From the NCBI GenBank assembly GCA_043228905.1, contig JBHGNT010000715.1:1-16887 (forward strand): 16,887 nt of DNA, given 5' to 3'. A program made the position numbers and the translations under genes. The notes under the pieces are model-generated. The model was given only the letters and a program-made list of their open reading frames with translations. It had not been told where the DNA came from and ran no database searches. This document shows, piece after piece, positions 1 through 9,701 of the stretch. Numbering within the stretch: the first letter of the stretch is position 1; every line of letters begins with the position of its first letter. This DNA is from Azolla caroliniana. Lineage: Eukaryota > Plantae > Polypodiophyta.

Positions 1-443
1 CTGCTACGTAGTCAAACGTACGCTCAGCCTCCTCTCCATTAGCTGATCTCCATCTAACAATGTGCGCTCCATCTCCACTTCGCCTGACTCGAACTACGCG
101 GGTGCTGAACAGCATCTCTGCCCTCTCCTGTAGCTTAAAGTGACTGGCATAGCGCTCGAGGTACTCTACGTAGGCTGGCAGCGATACGTGGTCGGGCGCA
201 TCCAGAGGTAGACGAAAGTCGCTGAAGCAGGGTGAGTTGCTTGGATGACACGAGCTGGGCATTGGCGTATGAGCGATAGCGAAACGTTCCACCAATCTTA
301 TCCTCGGCCTCAAAGAGTGTAGCTTCAACGTTGAAATTGTCACGACGGTCGGCGTGCTCCAGTAGCGTTTTGAGCGTAGTGATTCCAGCTGGGCCGCCTC
401 CGATGACGGCAATGCGCAGCTTCTTGCTCGTTGTGGCTGGCAT
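1..443 (-). CDS. Flavin-containing monooxygenase (FMO-like, class B flavoprotein monooxygenase), 5' part; runs off the left edge; contains a 1-nt frameshift at 230-232
   Basis: ATG at 443 gives MPATTSKKLRIAVIGGGPAGITTLK (GxGxxG FAD-binding Rossmann motif), FEAEDKIGGTF and RSYANAQLVSSKQLT. Removing one base at 230-232 continues as CFSDFRLPLDAPDHVSLPAYVEYLERYASHFKL...FSTRVVRVRR...ERTFDYVA, open to position 1. This is typical FMO N-terminal sequence. Confidence 0.9.
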
Positions 444-935
444 GTTGCAGTCGAGATTGAAAGAGGTGGGTGGGAAGAGAGCGTTAGGCTGCCGTGTCAA
501 TCTCAGGGTCTGGCCTCCGCGCGCCGCGTGCGTGGCGCGAGTGGGCTGACAAACCAACCGCCGGTCCGCTAACCCAAGCCTTGATTCAACCAAACTTGAA
601 TAATGGACGCTCGAGCGGGAACGGAGACCGAGGGATGGCTATCTAGTAGCACAGACAGATAGAGCTGCTCTGAAATAGCCTGCGACAGCCCGTGCCCTGA
701 TTTCAGCCCAGCACGAGCGCAAGGCAAAGCACGTCCGCACGGCGGTAACATGGGGGCCTCTTTCGGATGAAATCAGTCAATTACGTGGAGAGCCTCATAA
801 GCATTGTGCTTGACACTGACCCATCGCGCCAAAGATCACAAGGATTAGGCGGATAAGAGTTTCCTATCGCCCTGCGGAACTCTGATGCAATGACTCCAAA
901 AGAATTTCAACGTGTGACGATCGCAGCGAAGATGA

Positions 936-951
936 CCCCCCCCCCCCCCCC
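936..951. repeat. poly-C homopolymer (16 nt)
   Basis: Direct count of 16 consecutive C; a second run of 11 C lies at 3001-3011. Confidence 0.95.
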
Positions 952-1294
952 GGGCGCCAAGCGCTCAGGGAAAAGGCGTTGAACGTGCAAAAGAGGCCAA
1001 GGAGCTGGAGAGAGAAGCAAGAAGGCGAAGGTACCGGCAAGCGACGCTTCCGCCTCAGACAGCGATGCTGAGGAGAATGATGGGGGAGAAGTTCCTAACG
1101 AGCCTGGACCTACGAACCACGTCAACTCTGCAATTAAGAGCGAATGTAAGGCAAAGGCTTGGGTTTTCGCAACTCCTGGACACTGTTGTGCCAGACCCTC
1201 CTGTGAGCTCTTGGCTTCAGAGGGCCACACTTTGCTTCGCCTGACCTGATCTACCACAAGCAACAACCTTCAACGAGAGTCCGCCAGACTACCC

Positions 1295-1497
1295 ACAAGA
1301 ATCGAACCGAATCGATAGCACTTACCGCTCCCACCAAGCACACAAAACAATCACCACAACTCAACTGACCACTTTGTGAATCAAGCAATAATCAAGCAAG
1401 CCTTTCACTTTCACGTCACGTCACCTTCAGCAATCCTGGTGGCATTTTACATTTCCTCAGACTGATCAACATTCATGCCAAGCACAAGCACAATCAT
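1295..1497. repeat. Low-complexity A/C-rich tract made of short imperfect tandem repeats
   Basis: Visible units: gaatcgaaccgaatcga, aatcaagcaat-aatcaagcaag, ctttcactttcacgtcacgtcac, and ccaagcacacaaaacaatca / ccaagcacaagcacaatca. Confidence 0.6.
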
Positions 1498-2015
1498 GTA
1501 CATATTACTATTAGCGACTCACATGTTTCATTTACTAAAGCAATCAAATCGCCTGCCACTAATACGCTCTGTGTTTGAGGATCGGATCCAGCCTGTGCTC
1601 TGCCAGCAGGCTGAGCCTGTCGTCGGAAATCATTCTCGGCAGGCATAGATTGAGAGCTACAAGGGTCTGCCAGATTGAGCATCGGCGGACTGACCCCTGA
1701 CCAGTGCCTTACCCACCGCCTCACAGAAACATCTGCACTCTGCAGTCCAGCTTCGTTCCATCCAGCTTTTCACTACTCCATGTACCCAGTCTTGGCGCGG
1801 CGAATCTATGAGGCAAGGGAGGGGCAAAGCGGGACGAAGCATTTTCGCGGCAACAATTTATCACCTGCGGTAGTCTTGGGCGCATTAGAAGTGGGGCCCT
1901 CGCACAAATGATGAAAACATCAGCCTTTGTTGATTCAGTTTCCATGGATATGCTTGCTTCTCACTCATCGCACTCGGCACACCATGAATATGACGTGGGC
2001 ATTCAACGTTTGTGT

Positions 2016-3239
2016 CTATTCCTCGCCCAGACTGTCGAATCTTTTCCTGAGTTCCTCCTCCTGTCTCTCTTCCTCTTCTCTCCTCTCTTTCTCCCTCGCC
2101 TCCTTTGAGTAGAGTGAAAAGTCCACCGCCTCGCCCTCGGCCTCTTGGGCCTCATCATCGTCCGCCGCCTTGTCAGCGTGCAGGCCTCCCTTGGCAAAGA
2201 GCTCCTTGCCCGTGGGACGAGCCATGAGGGCCTTGTACTGCTCTCGTTCCTTGGGCGTCTTGTAGAGTGCCTTGATGCGCTCCTCTTCGGCAATGGCAGC
2301 TGCGCGAGCTTGCTCGGCCTCAAACTTGACGCGCCACACTGCGAATCGCTCGGCCGTCACTGCCGTTCCTCGGAACTTTTCCGCTTCAGCCTGTACGTGT
2401 GACAAGCTATGTGAGCTGTCTATGCTCCCTCTCGACGCTGCCGAAAGCTTGTTTGCTGCTCACCTCAATCTCTTGGTCTCGCTTGCGCTGCTCCTCAGCG
2501 GCCTTGGCATCCTCTACGCGTTTGAGATAGCTCGTTAGCGCCTCCCGCAAATGAGACGCCAACGTAAAGACCATTGCCATGCCGAGTGATTCTTCAGCCT
2601 AAGTAAGAGACGTAGGCACGGCTTAACTCGCAATCACTTTGCGCTCCAAGACAAGCCAGCTACTCACCACTCCCTTGAGCTCGTCCTCCATTTCCCTCAG
2701 TCCCTCCTCTGGCAGTTCACCCGAGGCGCATGACACTTCCATGTCGGGGATCGAGTCGGGGTAGTCGGCTGTGTACGTCACCAGTAGACTGAGTACAATG
2801 GCTGAAGCGATGGCGGCGAAGCGAGGCGTCAGTTACTTTCCCATAGCAAGCTCGACGCTCCTCGTGGGCTGCTGCACATTCTCTTGCAGATAAGGCTGAG
2901 TCCCACGGCTGATGATGACGACAACCACTGGCATGATTCTAAGTGGCCCAGGTCTTGCATTTGAGCGAACAGCGTCTTGCCATGGAGCCTGTGAGCGCTG
3001 CCCCCCCCCCCTGCCGGCGTGCCAGTTGCTCTACTCACGTTCTTCGTTCTCATCGCGCGTCACATCTTCTGGCTCGACTCTTATCCTCAGTACTTCATCG
3101 GATACCTCTGCAGCAGATGAGCGGTGGTGCAGGAGTCAGTCTGATGTGATGCGTCATGGTGTGTGCCTACATCGTCCATGTAGATGGCCTCGAGCACCTC
3201 GAGCTCCTCGGCCAGCACGGCGGCACGTTCGTCGGACAT
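2016..3239 (-). CDS. GIR2: RWD domain-containing protein (Gir2/RWDD1/DFRP2-like, DRG2/Rbg2 GTPase partner), ~260 aa, 5 exons
   Basis: Exons (minus strand): 3239-3171, 3107-3039, 2801-2668, 2598-2464, 2390-2016. RWD hallmarks EELEVLEAIY, YTADYPDSIP (YPxxxP) and EESLGMAMVFTL are followed by the DFRP-type tail KFRGTAVTAERFAVWRVKF...RPTGKELF...VDFSLY. Introns 2-4 are GT-AG and in phase; the intron 1 junction is out of phase by one base (see findings). Confidence 0.88.
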
Positions 3240-4531
3240 GGCACGGCCGGGCTGCAGTATGAATATACCTGCAATCTAATCCAATGCGTATATATAGTTG
3301 CGCCGTCTTGCGTCTTGTTGCGGAGCTCAATCTGTCGTAGCTTGATGAACGGCGCAGGCTGCGAACAAGGGAAGAAGGCGATCAAAGACTGCCGCTGTTG
3401 GGCTGAGAAGTGACACACACTTTTTGTGGCGGAGCTTGAAACGTACTCATCATTCTCACTCACTCATGCTTGGCTGCAACGAAGCGCAGCTCAACGGCTG
3501 AAGCTCATATACTCAGTCGATTGCGCCCCTCGTTTGTTTTCTAGTTCCCATCATCCCCTCCCTTGCTGTGTTTGAGTATCAGTGCTGTCATTCTCCCATA
3601 CGACTTGGTGAGTTCAGAGCCAGGGCAGTGCCGCTTTCCAGGCTCTCGCTCCGTTGGGAGTCGACGCGCCTCCTGATTTTGGCTGGTGCGCGTTGCCAGT
3701 TGGGCCTGCACCTTGCAACGACGACTGCCACGAAGCACAAACGTCCGCTCGACGCTCATCGCTGTCGTTGCATGGCCAACTGGTCCCACGCTCACATGGG
3801 CCTGTCGTGCACCTTCCAAAGCGGCTCTGGATCGAAGCTCAGATGAAGCAGGTGCGGAGGTTGAACAGGGTTCCGCACAACGAGCACCGAGGTACAACGG
3901 GTGAACCTCGAGCAGCAATTGCCGAATGCGTCTCTCACCTCCTCAGGGCTCATCCGACAGTGCCATCTGCTCTGCCTCTCGTTGGCTCTAGACAATCAGA
4001 GAGCGGTTCCTGAGATTCAGGCAGGTACAGAGTGAGCTGTTCATTACTATCATAGTAGCGGGCCTTGAAGCAAGTCGAGAGCGTGCGTCCTCGAGGCGCA
4101 ACGTAGTCTTGGTGGATGATGCCTGTTTAACATCGACGTTTTTGACGATGTTGCACATGCAACCGCCCAAGGCTTTCTACAGTCCGACGATAGCTTGATT
4201 CCTACGAACTCGCACGAGGTGCACGACGCATCCCTCCATTAAGCAAGCACATGCTAACTTTACCTAACCTTGCTCCGCCAGTATTGGTCAACATCTCGCC
4301 TCGTCGTACGGTCGTGTAGAAGCAGCATTCGACTCGCAGCAACCATATAAGGTCCTCATCTCGGCACCTGGCCGACTTGGACTTTTCCTTTAACACATCG
4401 TCACTGTCGAGCCACACTCACACTCACTCGTCCATCCATATCAACTCAATCAACGAACACCCACACTCACTATCCTGTAGCACGACAGGCTTCGAGCTCT
4501 CTCTCCCTCACCATCAACACACCCTGCCATC

Positions 4532-5473
4532 ATGCTCACCCGTCTATCATTTATCGCAGCCATCGTTGCGTCCTTCATTATTGCCGTCACAGCGTGAGTG
4601 AATTACGAGACGCACTGTCTTTCGTACTTGTCGCTAACCATTTATAACATTTCCACAGCCTCCCCGGAGTGTTGCGACCTGCTGAGGTTGCACACAGCAT
4701 CCGCGCCCCGCTACTGGGCGACTTGCACGACCTGGAGTCCGATCTCGACACCAGGAAAGTGGGCGACAGAGCCAAGTTCCTCAACGCCCAGTGAGTCATG
4801 ACGGTGCACGGCGAACCAAAGGTGGCCTATTCTCACGAGGCCGCTCATGGGATTCCGCAGCAACGCCTTTCGCGCAAAGCACGGAGCTAAAGCCCTGACG
4901 TGGAACACGACGCTTGTTCACTATGCCCGCAAGATTTCCGACAAGTGTGTGTTCCAGCACTCAGGAGGGTGAGTTTTGACCAGGATCGGCAAATCTGCCG
5001 CTCAATGACGCGCTCTGACACACTCGACGGTCGACAGACCATACGGTGAAAACCTGTATGCGCAAACGCAAGAGGGCACGCCCGAAGCTGCCATCAAGGC
5101 GTTCAACGACGAAGTCTCGCTATACAACTTCAACAACCCTGGCTTTTCAGAGGGCACGGGTCACTTTACGCAAGTTGTCTGGAAGGGTGAGTCATGCCGT
5201 TACAGAAGGTCAAGTCTCAGACGCTCACCTTTACCGTTGGTTGCCTTGGCCTACACAGGTACCCGTTCAGTAGGCTGTACTCGCACCACGACTTGTCACC
5301 CCTCGCAGCTGGGCTTCAACGGTAACTACGGCAACGTTGGCACGCTCGTCGTTTGCGAATACTGGCCTCGTGTGAGTACAACGCCCGATCAGTGATTGTC
5401 AGTTGAACCAATGCTGATGCCTGCTTTCGCACAGGGCAACATCATTGGTCAATTCGTCCAGAACGTCTCCTAA
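4532..5473 (+). CDS. Secreted CAP/SCP/PR-1 family protein (PRY1-like), 200 aa, 6 exons
   Basis: Exons 4532-4593, 4659-4790, 4861-4968, 5038-5186, 5259-5371, 5435-5473; all introns GT-AG and in phase. Signal peptide MLTRLSFIAAIVASFIIAVTA. CAP motifs FLNAHNAFRAKHGAKALTWN, CVFQHSGGPYGENL, GHFTQVVWKGTRSVGC and VVCEYWPRGNIIGQF. Confidence 0.95.
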
Positions 5474-5808
5474 GCCCTTGATGGGCGCACGATCGCTCCT
5501 TGAAGGAAACGATCGTCTTTCGTGAAGCTCCAAAAGACTGTATCAACATCACGCGCTCCCTCGTATCCGCATCTCGAATCTCGCCAGCAGGCTCTGGTCA
5601 TGTCTCATCGTCCATACGACGCACAGCAAAACAAAAAGAAATTGATCAGTGATCATCAGCATACTCACGCGTGCGCATGGAGTCTGATTGTTCATTGCTT
5701 GTTTAGTGGGCGGCCCGCTGATGTGAAGGGTGGCGATGCCGAGAGGGAATGAGTAGCAGGAGTAAAGATGATTCATGCCTGATGAATGATCTGAAAGTCT
5801 ATATTGGC

Positions 5809-6846
5809 TTAGAGCAGAGCGACAACACCAACGGCTGCGGCGACAAGAGCAGCGATGCTCATGACTGGCTTGATGGAGGAGCTGGCCGAGCTGGGCTTGT
5901 TGGAGGCCGAGGCACTAGCGGAGCTGGATGAAGCGCTGCCTGAACCGCTGGCTGAGGCGGCGCCAGATGGAGCGAGCGAGGCAGAGATTGACGTGGCAAA
6001 GGCAGCGATACTGGCACTGGGAACGGCCTCGGTGGAGCTGATGCTGTCCGTGATGGGCTTGGAGCTGTCCTCGATGAGACTAGATTCGAGCGCCACGGGA
6101 AGCTTGTCAGCTCAAATATGCAACCGCCAATGCTTTTTTGCAATCACTCACACAAAGCTGGCAGCAACGACACGCTTGAGACCGGTCTCGGCGACGTATC
6201 CTGCCAGGCTCATGGTGGAAAGGGGCGTGCCTGGCGTGCTCAGGTTGGCAGGTGCCTTGAAGTCCGAGGGCTGACGGAAGACGAGCTGGAAGTAGCGATG
6301 AGGTCCGCTGCCTGCAGCCGGAGCAGGAGAGGCGTAGTCCGTAATGGCAGCCGTCGTGTTCTCAAGCACGCCCTGCGAGTTCACCTTGAAGTTGTTGCCC
6401 AAGAAGTGTCGAGTGAGGAGGCCATCTGAGGAAAATACGCCTCAGAACCCATGCTTCGCTCAAAGTAGACACAGACGCCTCGACTCACCTGGGTTTCCAA
6501 CGCCAGCGGCACCAGCGTCGAGGAACATAACGGTAAACGTGGCATCGTCGAGCGTATCGGCCTGCTCCGTCGCGTAGCTGAGCTTGTACGTTGGGGCTTG
6601 CTTGACGGCGTCTACGCCAACGCTGGTGCCGGGAGCCACATCGGCCTGGCCAAAGTTGAGGGTGAGGCCTGCCTGCAGGCGCAATAGATCCTCTGCCACG
6701 GGGTCGGGAACAAGTCCCACGGCCTTGTACTGCAGCTCCGTAGAGGCGATGGCCGTGGAGACATCGGCAACGCTGGCGCTGTTTTGCGCATAGCTGGAAG
6801 AGGGAAGCACGGCGAGTCCGGCCAGGAGGAGAGAGCGGGCGAGCAT
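5809..6846 (-). CDS. Secreted phosphatidylethanolamine-binding protein (PEBP) family protein with Ser/Ala-rich stalk and probable GPI-anchor signal, 300 aa, 3 exons
   Basis: Exons 6846-6489, 6425-6152, 6079-5809, in phase. Signal peptide MLARSLLLAGLAVLPSSSYA. PEBP motifs FTVMFLDAGA, TRHFLGNN and YASPAPAAGSGPHRYFQLVFRQP. Ser/Ala-rich region ends in the hydrophobic tail VMSIAALVAAAVGVVALL. Confidence 0.9.
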
Positions 6847-7295
6847 GCTGATCGATGGATTTCAAGGGAGTGTGAGGAGAGGGAGTTGGAGTGAGTAGAG
6901 CCGTTGCGAGAGTGACGGATGATGGTGGAGCAGAAGAAGGCAAACGATATCAACACCCAGCCTCACTGACCACTCTGAACTCCTGATGGCCTTCGTGCAT
7001 TGTGCGTTCGTGGACGCGCAAGCCCGGCGGCGCCAACGAAGCCACGGCTACCGCAACATGAGATCCGACGCATGGCTTGGCGTGAATTTCCGTCACACGC
7101 TCGCTGCGCTATTGCGCTATTGCCCGCAAAGATCAACTGCACTGCTCCTGAGCAAACACTTTCTCAGGGCCTTCGTGTTGGCTAGCGCAGTTTTGAGACA
7201 CCGCGCGCAGCCACGCGTATCAGGCACTCGCATGTGACACGCTCGACTCGCGCATTGCAGGCACCTTTCCATTACGCACGCAAGTCCCACGCAGC

Positions 7296-9270
7296 ATGGC
7301 CGCAGTCACAGCAAACGAAGCAGGACCTTCGAGGAGTGGAAGGAACGAGTACGGCTCGGCAGAGGCTGCACAGGAGATCAGAGCACGTTATTTGGAGCCA
7401 CGTACCGCCAAGTTCAAGCTCATGGCCAGCATTGTGAGTCTCGAGTCCAAGGTTCCATTGGTCGATATGACAGGAGTTGACCCTTGGAGTTCGACTCTCA
7501 CGATAGCTCAAAGAGCCAGATTCAAGGCATCAGCCCTTTTGCACTTACTTAACACTGGAAGACTGTGCGCAGGCAAGAGGTGCAGAGCAGCCTTGCGAAG
7601 ACGTGCACTTTGAACATGTGCCGCAACCTCAGACCGATCCAACCTACGGTCACTGCAGGTGCGTGGATGCAGCATGCTTGCCCACGGTTCACAGCACTGA
7701 AACACTCAAATGATCTCAACCTCAGCTACCTCAACACCTGTCATCGAAGTGGAACCTGCAAGGTGAATGTTGAGCATGAAGCAACAGGCTCATTCAAGCA
7801 CTTACTCTGCACGTCCCTTCCTGATCGCAGTATCTTCATTTCCGACCCACACGCTCACCATCTGCATCGCCATTTGCATGGCACTCCAAGCACGACGAAC
7901 CCTGTCCTCCACTGGCGCCCAGTGCAGCTGAGCTAGGCTCGCCCAGCGCACTAGCTCGACTCCAGCTGCAAGCAAGCGTGCCGACAAGGACGGCTGCAGA
8001 ATCACAAGGCGATGAAGAAGCGCGAGCCAAGTCACTGTTTGATACAGCCTCCGTAAGGCATCCGCTCATGTCCATCGTCAAGGCTGGAGCAAAGGAGTGG
8101 TGCGGAGGAAAAGAGGGCATGCTCGCGTCAAATGGGCAAGCTCAAGCTGATGTCAAATCGATGGCTTCAGGAGCAGATGGACAATGGCCACCGCAGTGGA
8201 TGGACGTAGACTTGCGGACGTTTGACTATGGAATGCTGGGCAAGGTTGATGTCATCTTGGCTGATCCCCCGTGAGTAGGTTGCCAGGACAGACTGGAGTT
8301 GATATCTGTGCTGACTCGCCTACTTTGGATCGTCGCTACGTAGTTGGGACATTCACATGAGGTGAGCATGCATGAGAGGAGACGCCTTGCACATTCTCAT
8401 CGATCCCACTCCGCAAACAGTCTTCCGTATGGCACCATGTCAGACGATCAGATGCGCTCCATGCCCTTTCCGCAACTTCAGGATGAAGGCTTCATCTTTC
8501 TCTGGGTCACGGGCAGGGCCATGGAGCTGGGACGCGAATTGCTGAGCGTGTGGGGATATACCAGAGTGGATGAGCTCATCTGGGTCAAGGTTGGTCAAAC
8601 GCAAAGGCTGATTCGAACTGGAAGGACGGGCCATTGGCTGAACCATACCAAGGTGAGTTTGCATGTGGTAGATGTGCGGCCACTCTCTGCTCACATACTG
8701 GACTCGACAGGAGCACTGTCTCGTAGGAGCCAAGCTTGCGACCGGCACGCCACCTCAAGCAAGTCCTCTGCCCAATCTCACGACGGTATATCCAGCAGCT
8801 CATGCAGCGGGAGTCGAGGCTCCCCTGCCAAAGTGGGCGCATGGAGCTGGTCTGGGATCCGATGTGATCGTCTCGGAGGTCAGGGATACAAGTCGAAAGC
8901 CCGACGAGCTGTACGGCTTGATCGAAAGACTTTGTCCTGGTGGAAAGAAGGTTGAGCTGTTTGGACGACCGCACAACGCAAGACCTGGCTGTGAGTGCTC
9001 TTGGGACCTGCCAGTCCATTGAACCGATCTGACAGAGCCGTCCATCCATCCTTAGGGATCACACTTGGCAATCAGCTCAAGTCGGACTGTGTAGTGAGTG
9101 CCTTTATTTTTGCCTCTCATTAGTTCATCTGATCACTTAAGCACTTCCTGATGCAGCATGACCCCACCCTTCGCCAACGGCTCAATGAATGGCGAGCGGG
9201 AGAGCTAAGGCAAGGAAGGCAGGTTCCAGCTCACGCATTGGGCACTCTCTCGAGGTTATCGAGCTCTTGA
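7296..9270 (+). CDS. IME4: mRNA N6-adenosine methyltransferase catalytic subunit (METTL3/Ime4, MT-A70 family), ~482 aa, 9 exons
   Basis: Exons 7296-7433, 7507-7658, 7726-7762, 7831-8270, 8344-8361, 8421-8652, 8711-8990, 9056-9093, 9157-9270 (1449 nt, in phase). Two CCCH zinc fingers (FCTYLTLEDC..PCEDVHF; GHCSYLNTCHRSGTCKYLHF). Catalytic ADPPWDIHMSLPYGTM, then [50 protein letters not shown] and VELFGRPHN..WITLGNQL. The start codon is less certain than the rest. Confidence 0.96.
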
Positions 9271-9701
9271 GCTGCTGTGTCATTCGCCTTTGCAGTCCTG
9301 GTAGGGTCATTCAGCATGGCATTTCTGTGACAATGCGGCTGCCTGGAATCAGAAACTAGTCAACATGCTTGCATGTACTGTGTACTGTCATGAGCTGATT
9401 GTTGTGTGCCGTGGACGTCTATCATACTGTTCGCGTCAAACGATGCTCCTTGTCGCTCGCTCTTCGGCCTGCCCTGCCTCGGCTTGGATGTCCAATTTCA
9501 TCCATTTACCGTCGCTCAACAGACGTGATACACAGTGCTACGAAGAGACGAATATCTGCATTCGATTGGGTGAATGAGGAAGTTGTGAGCAGAGGAGGAA
9601 TTGTACCCCCCAACATGTTCACAGCCCGGGCGCGCAACAGCGCAACGCGCAAGCCGATGCCGGTACCCGGCAGATATCATGCATTTCGCCTCCGCCAGCC
9701 G

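Noticed and set aside
444-593. N-terminal extension of ORF 135-593 upstream of ATG 443
   Set aside because: Non-ATG start in a eukaryote; FMO similarity begins right after MPATTSKK.
1494-1945. Several overlapping 60-78 aa ORFs
   Set aside because: No motifs and no convincing splice model; expected by chance at this GC content.
2909-2970. TGATGA C-box-like motif suggesting a C/D snoRNA
   Set aside because: It is antisense to the host pre-mRNA and has no suitably placed CTGA D box.
3541-4200. Overlapping ORFs, and a CTGAGA motif at ~4010 reminiscent of a TPP riboswitch
   Set aside because: No recognisable protein; the rest of the TPP aptamer consensus is missing and no thiamine gene is adjacent.
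5855-6274. 139-aa plus-strand ORF
   Set aside because: Antisense shadow of the PEBP exons.
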